Of a stretch of 64,000 bases of DNA, positions 26,857-36,917 are shown piece by piece. Position numbers and translations under genes: made by a program. Within the stretch, counting starts at the first letter, position 1. Each line of letters opens with the position of its first letter. This DNA comes from Candidatus Bathyarchaeota archaeon. GTDB taxonomy: Archaea > Thermoproteota > Bathyarchaeia > 40CM-2-53-6. The notes under the pieces were generated by a model that was not told the DNA's origin, ran no database searches, and worked only from the letters and a program-made list of their open reading frames with translations. The DNA lies in assembly GCA_005884195.1 (NCBI GenBank), contig VBBP01000051.1, forward strand, positions 1,550-65,549. The letters run 5' to 3'.

Positions 26857-26942
26857 GCGGAAATTGGGAGCCGAGTCGCCTACAGCGAGCAGTTTCTCTA
26901 CTTCCCAAGAGGGAACGGTGACTGTAGAAGAAGAGGCTTGCG

Positions 26943-27641
26943 TTGATAATTGGCTCTTGGAAAGAGCTAAGCGCGTATGCGTACCAATTGGTCTTAGAGA
27001 AATTGGCGCTTTCGGGAATTCTGCAGGCGGGATTGACTAAAACTCGTATTGAGGCCCTAACGGATGGGATATTTGCCACGGTGATGACGGTTCTGGTTTT
27101 GGGTCTAACAGTCCCAGGCCAAAACCTTTCCGAGTTGGAGCTTGCAAGTCAAATTAGGGGGCATTGGCCGAATTATCTCGCTTACGCGTTCAGCTTTATC
27201 GTGTTGGGCGTGTACTGGATTGGCCATCACAACCAGTTTCACTACGTCAAACAGAGCGACAGGGTATTCTTGTGGGTCAACATTCTTTTCCTCTTAACTA
27301 TCGGTTTTGTGCCCTTCTCCACATCTTTGCTCGGGCTGTATCCCTTCTCGCCTACTGCGGTTCGGGTCTACGGTGCGAACCTGGCTGCGACAGGGCTGGC
27401 GCTCTACGCTGTCTGGTGGTACGCAACGAGCCAGCATCGTCTTGTCGAAAAGGATCTTGACCCTCACATCGTAAGTCTAGCCAACAGGCGAATTATTGTC
27501 GGGCCAATAGTCTCTCTACTCGGGATCGGCTTCTCCTTTCTGGACACTCGGATAAGTCTCGTACTCTACCTGCTCCTAATCCCGTTCTTTATCCGACCAA
27601 GCCACATAGACACCCATTTCAGAGGAGGCTCTCACAAGTAG
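26943..27641 (+). CDS. TMEM175/DUF1211 family potassium-channel-like membrane protein
   Basis: RIEALTDGIFATVMTVLVLGL is the family signature, and there are 6 TM helices. A TTG at 27033 (MTKTRIEALTDGIF) is a more typical start than the track's 26943. Confidence 0.8.
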   Translation: MIIGSWKELSAYAYQLVLEKLALSGILQAGLTKTRIEALTDGIFATVMTVLVLGLTVPGQNLSELELASQIRGHWPNYLAYAFSFIVLGVYWIGHHNQFHYVKQSDRVFLWVNILFLLTIGFVPFSTSLLGLYPFSPTAVRVYGANLAATGLALYAVWWYATSQHRLVEKDLDPHIVSLANRRIIVGPIVSLLGIGFSFLDTRISLVLYLLLIPFFIRPSHIDTHFRGGSHK

Positions 27642-27796
27642 CCTTGCCAAGGATTCGTTGTTTTGCAGAGTCTCGCTGGCTCATGAGATAAAAGCCATCT
27701 TCCTGGATGTCGCAATGTCCTTAAAGCCCAATCTCAAATCTCGCGGCGGAATCTTAGTACGAGTTGAAGTGATTGGTTCTTCCCGACGGTCCATCG

Positions 27797-28486
27797 ATGG
27801 TTGAAGCCCAATCTGTCTGGAAGATCTACCGGACAGGTTCGTTGAAGGTTGAGGCTCTTAGAGGTCTTGACCTCAAGGTCCGAAAGGGCGAGATGGTGGC
27901 CGTAATGGGCCCTTCGGGCTGTGGCAAGACAACGCTTCTCAACTGTCTTTCCGGGCTTGATGACATTACCAAGGGCAAGGTGGCCATCGAGGGCGTTGAC
28001 CTGGCGACCATGTCTGATGATCAAAAATCCGGGTTTAGGGCGAGAAGGATGGGTTTCATCTTTCAAGCCTACAACCTTCTTCCGGTTCTCAGTGCACAAG
28101 AGAACGTTGAGCTTCCTCTACTCCTAGCGGGCGTATCCGAGGCGGAGGCTGGCAAAGAAGCCTTGAGTGCTCTTAAGATGGTTGGGCTGGAGGAATGGCG
28201 TTTTCACAAGCCTATGGAGCTTAGCGGTGGACAACAACAGCGGGTCACTATTGCTCGTGCTCTGGTCAACAAGCCCGCGATAGTATGGGGCGATGAGCCG
28301 ACTGGGAATTTGGACTCAGAAAACTCTGCAGAGGTTGTCAAGTTGTTGAGAAGTCTGAACCACGACTATGGACTAACGTTCGTGATAGTCACTCATGATT
28401 CTCATATCGCCCAGGAGACTGACAGAATAGTCTCCATGAGGAATGGGCAGGTGGAGAAAGAGACGACAACTGGAACCAAGTCCTGA
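27797..28486 (+). CDS. ABC transporter ATP-binding protein (MacB/LolD-like)
   Basis: Walker A is GPSGCGKTT, the signature is LSGGQQQR and Walker B is IVWGDEPT. The ATG at 27797 gives [11 protein letters not shown]. The track ORF starts at 27773. Confidence 0.92.
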   Translation: MVEAQSVWKIYRTGSLKVEALRGLDLKVRKGEMVAVMGPSGCGKTTLLNCLSGLDDITKGKVAIEGVDLATMSDDQKSGFRARRMGFIFQAYNLLPVLSAQENVELPLLLAGVSEAEAGKEALSALKMVGLEEWRFHKPMELSGGQQQRVTIARALVNKPAIVWGDEPTGNLDSENSAEVVKLLRSLNHDYGLTFVIVTHDSHIAQETDRIVSMRNGQVEKETTTGTKS

Positions 28487-31400
28487 AGAGAGGGGCAATC
28501 GGCTAACGGCAGAAACAAGGTCTCGTGGAAGACCTCTCCTTCTGGGTCTAGTTATCTTCCTCTCGGTAATTGCCCTAGGGGAATCCTACGCACTCTATGT
28601 CAACTACCAGAACGACCTCTTCTTGCGCCAGTACGTCTCCGAAAACCAAACTGGGCTCTTAGTGCAATCCTTAGGACTCCTGGTCTTAGGGCTTGGAGCC
28701 GCTTACCTATCCTTCCTGCTCTCCAGGGCTAAGCCTACGAGCCGAGCAGGACGATATTCTAGGAAGATACTCTCCTTCTCTCCGCTTATTGCGGGTCTAG
28801 CTTCATTGGTTCTCTGGTTCGCGGGCATTAGTAGTATTGTCGGCGGCTCGACCGTTGATTTCGAGATCTACCTCGTAACTGTACTGTTGTTGATCTCGCT
28901 GGGTATGATGCTCCGCGATCGGCTTACTTTCAGAATGGCGTTACGCAATTTTGCCCGTCGAAAGACTAGCATGGCAATAGTCATTCTAGGATTGATGATT
29001 GGGACAGCGATGATCTCCGGTTCCCTTGTAACCCAAGATACTTTCACGGAGCTGTTTACGAGGGGAGCATACTATGGCTATGGTTTTGCAGACGAGGTCG
29101 TCTACGCTAGAAATGTCACTGGCGCTGGGTACCTCTATTTTACAGCGAGCACATCTCAGAACCTCTCTTCTCAACTGACGAGCAATCCCCAGGCGAGTCC
29201 CTTCATTCTAGGATTTACACCAGAGATTCTCGACACCGTCAGCTTGAGCGATACAAACTCCGGGAACGTTCAATCCCCGGCCACTTTGATCGGGACCTTC
29301 TCCAATGCGTCACAGACTCTCGGCGACTTCCATTCGCTTGGCGGATCTGTTATCTCTCCCAATTTCGGCGATGCTGAAGCGATTATCAACGACAAGACTG
29401 CCCGGGACCTAAACGCGACCCTCGGCGACTCTATCGTTGTGTATTCTGCTCTTCGCGCAACTCTCAAGGTAGTTGGAATAGCTGCGTCGGATGCTAGAGG
29501 CTCTTTCTCGGGCAACGACAACATCTTCGTCGGGATGAATGAGGCCCAGCAACTCACTAACCACCCTGGATCCGTTAACTACATCGCGATAACGAACACG
29601 GGAGGATTAAGAGATTCCATACGGCACAGCCAGGTAGTTGGTCTCGCCGCAAACCAGACTCTGAACTCGATCCTCAATCCTCCTCCTGCATACGGGTGCA
29701 AGACAGATCTATCCCAGGCGTCTAGAGCCGCAGCCACAATTTGTGCTTATTCTGAGAAGCAGGTTGCGGTCAACAGTGCGACAACCAGCGCCCAGAGCCT
29801 CAGCAGCTTTCTAATTGTCTTGAGCACGTTCGTCATAGTTGCAGGTATAGTTCTGATAGTGAACATTTTCGTCATGTTAGCCGAGGAGCGCAAGTCGGAG
29901 ATGGGCATGTCCCGAGCCGTAGGCATGAGGAGGGGACAGTTGACCAAGATGTTTCTGTTCGAAGGCAGCCTCTACTCGGCAGGCGCGGCGTTTGTCGGGG
30001 TTTTTGTCGGGATTGCCATAGCTTACGTCATCGTCTACATCTTCGCTACGATTATCGCCAGATTCTTCCCTGTCAACCTGTCGCAAGTACTCGCAAGCTT
30101 CACCTTTACTCCGGGGAGCCTCTTCGCCGCCTTCACCGAGGGCCTGCTCATCACCTACGTGACTATCCTTTTCACCTCTTGGCGGGTGAGTAAGCTGAAC
30201 ATCATACGAGCGATCCGCAACATTCCCGAACCACCGCGAGGAGTGAGGACATACACAGTTCTCTCGATCACGGGCATCATTTTGATCATCCTCGGGGCAC
30301 TCGTGTTCGAGATCTCTTACGGCGCAAAATCAGCGGTGGAGGCTCTAGTCGGGCCGAGCATTGTGATCTTTGGAGTAGGGCTTATCCTCTCCCGTTTCCT
30401 CCGCAACCGGTACGCCTTCACTATAACGGGTATAGCGTTGCTCATCCAGTGGGGCGTGCCAAGTCTTTCTTGGAACAATCCTCTGATTCAAAACTACAAT
30501 TTTGGTGTTGAGATCTACTTCGCCGGAGGTATCCTCATGGTCCTTGGGGGAGTTCTGCTTGTGATGTACAACACTGATGTCACGTTGAAGATCCTTCACA
30601 TCTTCTATCGTGGGAAAAAGACCCTGACGCCAATCTTCAGGACCGCCCTAGCGTATCCGGAGAATAAGAGGTTCAGAACAGCGGCTACGGTGGCCATGTT
30701 TTCCTTGGTATTGTTCACGGTTGCGGCAATAGCCTCGCTCACAGCTGAGCAGAATGCCGCACTAGACAGTCTCGTAAAAACAGACTCTGGCGGATACGAT
30801 ATTATCACTCAAGCCGGAGTTCCCGTCCCCAATTTTGCATCCATGGTCCGCGGTGACTCAGCGTTTCAGAATAACGTCGCATCAGTGATAGATTTCAACA
30901 ATACAATTCTTCTCTCAGCCAATGATACCACCTCGCATCAGAGCTTCTCCTATCCTCTGCTCGTTGGGGCCGACCCCAATGCCTTGGCCGTGACAAACTT
31001 CTATCTCACAAATACGTTCCAGATGGTGAACATGAGTACCCAGTACAAGACTGTCAATGAAACCTGGAAGGCGGTTATGACGGACCCTTCCAAAGTTGTC
31101 TGGTCATTCGGTGCGGTAAGCAATCGTGGACCCCCAACATCGATACCAACACCGAATGTCGATGATGTACTAACTCTCACGGGTTTCGGACCGCAACATA
31201 CTCCGGTGCAGACCAGTGTCACCGTCATTGGACTCGTCAATGGCGTGTTCCTGAACGGCATCGTGGGAACGAGAGCACTATTGATGAATCCCTTTGGAGT
31301 TGGCACGGGAAGCCTCTCCTTCATCAAGCTCACAAAGGGGGCCGATCCCACTAACGTGGCCAACCTGCTGCGGAAGCAGTTCTTGAATCTGAAATTGCAG

Positions 31401-31844
31401 ACTGTTGTCATTCCCGTAGTCCTAGGCGCCTTTCTCCAAATAGGCCAATCATTCGAAGGCTTGCTAGAAGGATTTCTTGGACTAGGCCTCGTTGTCGGCA
31501 TCGCCGGCCTGGGAATAATCTCAATCAGATCGGTTGCCGAGAGAAGACAAGAGATCGGCATACTGCGCGCTCTAGGCTTCAGAAAGAGAATGATACTTGC
31601 CGTCTTCGTGCTGGAGAACAGTTACATTGCATTACTTGGCATATTGATCGGAATCCTCCTTGGGATCGACGTGGGTTATGCGTTCGCCGTTAGTCCGAAC
31701 TCGGGGCTTAACTTCGTGGTCCCCTGGCAACAAATTCTAGAAATCGTCGCTCTCGCCTACGGTCTATCCATGTTAGCAACCATCAGTTCAGCGCGGAGAG
31801 CCTCGAGAATACCACCGGCTGAAGCTCTTAGATACTCAGAGTAG
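28443..31844 (+). CDS. ABC transporter permease with two FtsX domains and large extracytoplasmic domains
   Basis: 1133 aa. FtsX-type 4-helix modules lie around aa 440-560 and in the C-terminal 130 aa ([16 protein letters not shown]). The motif [11 protein letters not shown] is present, and about 4 extra TM helices precede it. Confidence 0.85.
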   Translation: MGRWRKRRQLEPSPEERGNRLTAETRSRGRPLLLGLVIFLSVIALGESYALYVNYQNDLFLRQYVSENQTGLLVQSLGLLVLGLGAAYLSFLLSRAKPTSRAGRYSRKILSFSPLIAGLASLVLWFAGISSIVGGSTVDFEIYLVTVLLLISLGMMLRDRLTFRMALRNFARRKTSMAIVILGLMIGTAMISGSLVTQDTFTELFTRGAYYGYGFADEVVYARNVTGAGYLYFTASTSQNLSSQLTSNPQASPFILGFTPEILDTVSLSDTNSGNVQSPATLIGTFSNASQTLGDFHSLGGSVISPNFGDAEAIINDKTARDLNATLGDSIVVYSALRATLKVVGIAASDARGSFSGNDNIFVGMNEAQQLTNHPGSVNYIAITNTGGLRDSIRHSQVVGLAANQTLNSILNPPPAYGCKTDLSQASRAAATICAYSEKQVAVNSATTSAQSLSSFLIVLSTFVIVAGIVLIVNIFVMLAEERKSEMGMSRAVGMRRGQLTKMFLFEGSLYSAGAAFVGVFVGIAIAYVIVYIFATIIARFFPVNLSQVLASFTFTPGSLFAAFTEGLLITYVTILFTSWRVSKLNIIRAIRNIPEPPRGVRTYTVLSITGIILIILGALVFEISYGAKSAVEALVGPSIVIFGVGLILSRFLRNRYAFTITGIALLIQWGVPSLSWNNPLIQNYNFGVEIYFAGGILMVLGGVLLVMYNTDVTLKILHIFYRGKKTLTPIFRTALAYPENKRFRTAATVAMFSLVLFTVAAIASLTAEQNAALDSLVKTDSGGYDIITQAGVPVPNFASMVRGDSAFQNNVASVIDFNNTILLSANDTTSHQSFSYPLLVGADPNALAVTNFYLTNTFQMVNMSTQYKTVNETWKAVMTDPSKVVWSFGAVSNRGPPTSIPTPNVDDVLTLTGFGPQHTPVQTSVTVIGLVNGVFLNGIVGTRALLMNPFGVGTGSLSFIKLTKGADPTNVANLLRKQFLNLKLQTVVIPVVLGAFLQIGQSFEGLLEGFLGLGLVVGIAGLGIISIRSVAERRQEIGILRALGFRKRMILAVFVLENSYIALLGILIGILLGIDVGYAFAVSPNSGLNFVVPWQQILEIVALAYGLSMLATISSARRASRIPPAEALRYSE

Positions 31845-31859
31845 TTTCGGATCTCGGAT

Positions 31860-32999
31860 CTACTTTCCTCTCGTTCTCTTCGTCGTTTCGCTAGCCGCTT
31901 CCTTCAATAATCTGTTCGTGCTCTCAGTGCTTCCTCCGAGTCTGACTGTTTGTTCATGCTGATCGGAAAGTCGTTTTGTGGCCTCGATGAGGTCAGTACG
32001 CCGAGTCTGTTCTGCATTCGCAGACAGCTGGTTCATAGTTTTGGTGGCTTCTTTTAGTTGCCCCGCGGCAAGGTGCTGGTAGTATTCTTCCAGCCCTTGG
32101 TAGTATGCGAATTCCGAGACTAGGTTGTTGTTGATTCCTTCCGAGAACTGTTCCTCGTTCCTAGCGACTCTAACCTCTACAGGGGCACTGATAGTCTTTT
32201 TCTTGTCATCGATCGTGTCAGAGTACGTGACTTGAATGTTGAGCAGTCTACCGTTGAATCCTGCCGGTATTGGAACACGGCCCCAGATCTTTGCAACCGT
32301 TTCCACAGCGTTGATCGAGACTGGGGGTCCCTTGTAGTTGAGAATCTTGACCTCAGGGCTTCCAAAGTCCACACTTATGTTTCTGGCGCCAACCTCGTTT
32401 ACCGCGCTCTCCTGCATTAGGCTGGGGAGCTTGAGTTTCTGGGCGTCCGTGATGTTGTGGAGCATACCGCCAGATGCGTCGGCGAGAGCCTTCAAGATCG
32501 ACTGGTTATAATCCGCGCCGATGCCAAACTCGATCATCTGAAACCCTGTAGGCATTTTCAGCTTCGAATACTGTTCGGGCTTGGTGACATCTGTGGGTTC
32601 ACCGTCGGTGAGAAGAACGATCCATCCGGGTAGGCGGCTCTTCTGCGCTATTTCAAATGCTGACTGGAGTGCTGCGTAGAGAGCTGTCAAACCTGACGCT
32701 CTGATCTTGGGAAGAACCTCTGAAAGCTTGGTTTCAGGATACGCTTGGACGGTGCTTGAAAACAGGACTACAGAGACCATGTTTCCAGAAGGAATACTCT
32801 TCACATATTCCTGCGCGCCGTTCTTTGCAAGCTCGATTTTCTGGCCGTCCATCGATTTGCTAGTGTCGAGGACGATTATGTGGTGGAAGCCTTTCGCTTG
32901 CGTACGCCTCTCTGCGACCAGAGTGAGCTTGAAAATCGCGTCTATCTTCGAATCGTACGAGTAAGTGTGGCTCAGCTCGGTTCTAGCTGACAGTGTCAT
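31860..32999 (-). CDS. von Willebrand factor A domain protein (ArnB-like)
   Basis: The MIDAS motif is VLDTSKSM (DxSxS). GLTALYAAL and VLLTDGEPTD are also present. A beta-rich middle region and a helical C-terminus follow. Confidence 0.88.
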   Translation of the reverse strand: MTLSARTELSHTYSYDSKIDAIFKLTLVAERRTQAKGFHHIIVLDTSKSMDGQKIELAKNGAQEYVKSIPSGNMVSVVLFSSTVQAYPETKLSEVLPKIRASGLTALYAALQSAFEIAQKSRLPGWIVLLTDGEPTDVTKPEQYSKLKMPTGFQMIEFGIGADYNQSILKALADASGGMLHNITDAQKLKLPSLMQESAVNEVGARNISVDFGSPEVKILNYKGPPVSINAVETVAKIWGRVPIPAGFNGRLLNIQVTYSDTIDDKKKTISAPVEVRVARNEEQFSEGINNNLVSEFAYYQGLEEYYQHLAAGQLKEATKTMNQLSANAEQTRRTDLIEATKRLSDQHEQTVRLGGSTESTNRLLKEAASETTKRTRGK

Positions 33000-33781
33000 A
33001 GTGTGACCTTCTCCATTTTCTCATCTTCCAGAACCAGTACGCCGGCGGCGCCGCCATGGTACTTGCTTGTGAAAATTGTCATTACTTTTCCTCCGAGGTC
33101 TTCTCTAAACCCATCAACGACCTCGTGGCCACGAATAATGCCCTTGAGGGAGTTGTTCGTCAAGAATTTCTCTGTTACATCGCTGCCATAGTAGAAGGCT
33201 CCGTCTCCCCTTACGCTTGGGATGAAACCCTCGATCATGTCTCTAGGGTCGTTCCATAGAAGCTGAAATGCCGTCGGATCGTCAGGGTTCATGTCAGGAA
33301 AAGGCAGGTCGGCAATCTGGGACACACTGTCCAGAGTAGTCGCTAAACCGCCGTGGAGGCAGAGGTAGCTGTTGACAACGACGGCGTACGGCATGGCTTG
33401 AAAGAACTCTTTGAACTGATCATAAGCAGTCTCTCCTAGCTTCTCTGTAACCTCCGCACAAAAGCCGTAGTAGGCGTTTGTCAAGGGGCTCTCGTGGTTT
33501 CCCCTCAACATTATGATCTTGGTAGGATCTTCGAGAAGCTTTGAAGCTATTAGGCCTAGATTCTCCACACCCGTCTCTCCTCTGTCCACATAGTCACCAA
33601 GGAAGACGATCAGGTCGCTATCCGCGTAGTACTTGTCGAAGATAGTTTGTGTAAGGTCGACTGCCGTATGAGTGTCTCCGACGAAGACTACTCTCTTTTC
33701 CCGCCTCGAGTCGAGGAGTGGTCCTTCCATCTTTTCTTTTGCCTCAAGTATGAGCCTGGGGGTTTCTAGGGCTTCAATCAT
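32996..33781 (-). CDS. PPP-family Ser/Thr protein phosphatase (metallophosphoesterase)
   Basis: Motifs are FVGDTHT, FLGDYVDRGETG, LRGNHE, CLHGG and IIRGHE. It overlaps both neighbouring genes by 4 nt. Confidence 0.9.
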   Translation of the reverse strand: MIEALETPRLILEAKEKMEGPLLDSRREKRVVFVGDTHTAVDLTQTIFDKYYADSDLIVFLGDYVDRGETGVENLGLIASKLLEDPTKIIMLRGNHESPLTNAYYGFCAEVTEKLGETAYDQFKEFFQAMPYAVVVNSYLCLHGGLATTLDSVSQIADLPFPDMNPDDPTAFQLLWNDPRDMIEGFIPSVRGDGAFYYGSDVTEKFLTNNSLKGIIRGHEVVDGFREDLGGKVMTIFTSKYHGGAAGVLVLEDEKMEKVTL

Positions 33782-34512
33782 TCACCAGTGAGCCTCACGA
33801 TAGTGCCAGTGCCGAACTTTACTATACTGTTCGGTTTAACCTCGACACTATCGTGAACCTGCTGGAATTCCTTTCCATTGTAGAGAAATGTACCGTTCTT
33901 GCTGTTCAGATCCTTCAACATCAGCCTGGTTCCGCTCATTGTGAGTTCTGCATGTTTTCTTGAGACTTCTTGGTCCGGGATGACGACCACGTTCTCTGGG
34001 CTTCGTCCGATGCTAACAACGGGGAAGTCGTCGAACTCGATCGGCACCTTTGATTTGATGAGAGACTGTGCAGGAGTGTTCACGAAGACCATGTAGAATC
34101 GTCCGTGTCCAACCGTCGGACTAGGGGGTGCCTGGCTGTATGGGGTAGGGGTTGGCAGGAAGGGGGTAGTTTCAGGTTCAGGTGATGGCGGCTCCAATTT
34201 TGCGCTATCAGTGTCGAAGGAGAAAATTGTCGGTTCAGGCGGTGTTTCCTCTGCATCTGTTTTCTCAGGCTCTGGCGCCTCGAGAGGTTCCGGTTCCTCT
34301 GTTGGCTCTATTGTTGGTTCCACTGCTGGTTCTATTGGTTTCGGCGTCGCTGAGTCTCCAGCTCTGTCTCCCCCGCAAGACACGCAAGTCTGTTTTGAAT
34401 CAGGATTGTCAGCTCCGCACGCTGAACACGTCCAGATTAGAGTCTCTGCAGAGTCCGCGTCAAGGTCAGGATCTTTCTGCTTTGCCTTATGCTTGATAGA
34501 TAGACGCTTCAT
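33778..34512 (-). CDS. Zinc-ribbon plus FHA domain protein (ArnA-like)
   Basis: WTCSACGADNPDSKQTCVSCGG is the zinc ribbon, followed by a Pro/Glu-rich linker. The FHA core is VVSIGRSPENVVVIPDQEVSRKHAEL...DLNSKNGTFL. Confidence 0.9.
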   Translation of the reverse strand: MKRLSIKHKAKQKDPDLDADSAETLIWTCSACGADNPDSKQTCVSCGGDRAGDSATPKPIEPAVEPTIEPTEEPEPLEAPEPEKTDAEETPPEPTIFSFDTDSAKLEPPSPEPETTPFLPTPTPYSQAPPSPTVGHGRFYMVFVNTPAQSLIKSKVPIEFDDFPVVSIGRSPENVVVIPDQEVSRKHAELTMSGTRLMLKDLNSKNGTFLYNGKEFQQVHDSVEVKPNSIVKFGTGTIVRLTGE

Positions 34513-34649
34513 GAATGCACTCTTCTGTCCTACCGGTTTCCGAGCATGTAATTGCGTTGGAACGAAAACCCCCCAGTGTCGGTCACACCCTTGATTACTA
34601 GGAATTCGAGTATTGCAAGTCTGCTCAATAGGAAGGCGCTTGCTCGTAG

Positions 34650-36821
34650 TTGCCGCAGTTGAAGAAAGCCCGCGGCCTTCCCTTCACGCGGGATTCTCTC
34701 GGACCGATCCTCACGGTAGTCCTCTCTGTGCCGATAGCCTTCCTCTTCGGTCTGGGAATACAAGGTGATTCCTCAGCTTACATTATCGGACTAGTCAGCC
34801 TCGGCGTTCTAACCTCTCTCGATCTACGGAGCGGGATCTCAAAGGTCAGCGTCGGATTTGCAGTTTCGTTTCTTGGCTCTCTCTATGTTATCGGACACTC
34901 TGTTTCAGGGCAGGGCTTTTCGCCTTTGTCGTTTGGGGATTTGTCCCTACTCCTCATCGCTCTGCCCCCTTCGATTGGAGTCCTCCTAGCCGGTCTTATC
35001 TTCTCTCGGGCCACACCCTACAAGATGATCAAGGCAAATGTCGTAGCATCCATCGCGTTAGCGGTCGGGCTGGGCTTGGGATCCGCTCTTAAAGCCGGTT
35101 CAGCCTTGTCAGTTGACTCGCTAACCATCGTTTTCTTCATCGCGCTTGGCATACCTGCGAACATTGCTCAGATGGTTCTCTTCCACTTCCTGGACAAGGT
35201 GTGGCGGACCAAGAATCTCTCGATGTCAATGATGCCCACCTTGTTCTTCAGCTTCAATCTGCTCGCCGTCTTAGGATTTGTCGCCTCTGGAGACCTGAGA
35301 CAGCTCTACCCATTCGTCTCCTCCCTTGGATTCTTGCCCGCGTTGGCGTTGGTCGGGGCCGGCTCCAGTAACCTAGCGCATAGAATCTTATTGGGTCCTA
35401 GCCTTGGACCAACAATTACCATCACGGGAGCGCCGATCGTTCGCCAAGGCAAAGAACAGACAATCAAGATCGCCACCAAATTTGGCGGGCAGGTAAAGAA
35501 AATGGCCAAGATTGTGGCAACGATAACACGGCCTGGAGGCAAGACTGATTCTCTGAAAGTGTCACAAGTTTCGACGGGAGAGTACAGCGCGCAGTATCGG
35601 CCAGGGGGATCCGGCAGCTACGCTGTTCATATTGCTGCAACGAGCAACGAACATCAGACGGTTAACGAGTCGTTTTCCTTCAACGTCCAGTCTCCTCAAT
35701 CGAGTCCTCCTCCGCCGACAATATCGAATCCACAATCTCCAAGTCGTCCGCCGCCACAACCGTCTATCCAGCCTTCCCCTAGTCCGCCTCCGCGTCCTGC
35801 GGCACCGTTTGTCAAAGGCAGTATTCCAAAGCTGGACAACTGGGACCCGAGGGTTTGGGTTGGTCAAGAGGTTCACAGCTACAAGATAACCGAGCACTTG
35901 GCCACAGGGCTCACAGGGTATGTCTTCCGGGCTAGCTTTGGGCAGGCGGGGACCGAAATGGCAATCAAGATTCCAATCCTCAAAACCGGAACAGGGGCCT
36001 CGGCTCTCGAGGAGACCATGTCCGAAGCCACACGGCTACTGGAGTTGTCGGCGCAGTCAAAATACGTAGTCCAGCTTAGAGGAATCCTAGTGGACCGGCT
36101 CAACATTCAGGAAATCGTGAAAGGAGATACACAGCTGTATCTTCGCAGTCCTCCCGCAATTGTAATGGAATTGATGAAAGGCGGTGCTGCTAAGGGACTT
36201 CTGGAAGATCCTGCGTATGATTCGTTGTATTATTCGGAGAAATGGGGAGGTATTGTCATGCTGATCGGCTCCCTGATTGCGACTGGACTAGAGACGATTC
36301 ACAATGCGGGCTTTGTCCATCTCGATGTGAAACCGCAGAACATTCTATTCAACCTGCGACCACCCGCTACGGGGCAGGAGATGAGGGACCAGATGAAGTC
36401 TGGAAACCTTGTGCCAAAGCTAGCTGATCTCGGGTCCGTCGTCAGGATCGGGGGTAAAGTCGGCCAGTTCACCTCGGAATACGCTCCAGGCGAACAAGTC
36501 TTGGGAGAAGGCGCTGCAGCCTCCATGGACATTTACGCGCTAGGAGCAACCATCTACAATATGCTGACAAAAACTCCTGCGAATTCCAAGAAGCTTATTG
36601 AATTGATGAACGCGACCACTGCCAATCCCGGGTCCGGCAGAATAGCGAGCGATCTGAAATCGGCTTGGAATTCGTTCAACCCTGATTTCGAGAGGGTTTC
36701 CAAGCTCGCACCGGCGGTCCCTGTATTCAAGAAAATGTTGGATAAGGACCCCCGGCATCGACCGTCTGCAGGGTCCGCGGCCGCTTCGCTCCGAGAACTT
36801 GGAGACAAAGCGCTAGCCTAG
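34650..36821 (+). CDS. Membrane Ser/Thr protein kinase (about 8 TM N-terminus, Ig-like domain, Pro-rich linker, kinase domain)
   Basis: Kinase motifs are MAIKIP (catalytic Lys), HLDVKPQNILF, ADLGS and YAPGE. The Pro-rich linker is at nt 35691-35807. Confidence 0.9.
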   Translation: MPQLKKARGLPFTRDSLGPILTVVLSVPIAFLFGLGIQGDSSAYIIGLVSLGVLTSLDLRSGISKVSVGFAVSFLGSLYVIGHSVSGQGFSPLSFGDLSLLLIALPPSIGVLLAGLIFSRATPYKMIKANVVASIALAVGLGLGSALKAGSALSVDSLTIVFFIALGIPANIAQMVLFHFLDKVWRTKNLSMSMMPTLFFSFNLLAVLGFVASGDLRQLYPFVSSLGFLPALALVGAGSSNLAHRILLGPSLGPTITITGAPIVRQGKEQTIKIATKFGGQVKKMAKIVATITRPGGKTDSLKVSQVSTGEYSAQYRPGGSGSYAVHIAATSNEHQTVNESFSFNVQSPQSSPPPPTISNPQSPSRPPPQPSIQPSPSPPPRPAAPFVKGSIPKLDNWDPRVWVGQEVHSYKITEHLATGLTGYVFRASFGQAGTEMAIKIPILKTGTGASALEETMSEATRLLELSAQSKYVVQLRGILVDRLNIQEIVKGDTQLYLRSPPAIVMELMKGGAAKGLLEDPAYDSLYYSEKWGGIVMLIGSLIATGLETIHNAGFVHLDVKPQNILFNLRPPATGQEMRDQMKSGNLVPKLADLGSVVRIGGKVGQFTSEYAPGEQVLGEGAAASMDIYALGATIYNMLTKTPANSKKLIELMNATTANPGSGRIASDLKSAWNSFNPDFERVSKLAPAVPVFKKMLDKDPRHRPSAGSAAASLRELGDKALA

Positions 36822-36917
36822 ACAGTCGACCGGGATCTCACCGCAACGAGGTCGCTGGTGACTTGGGACGCTTAACTTGGAAATGAGCTGAGTTAAGCCT
36901 AGGAGTCCGTTCCTACG

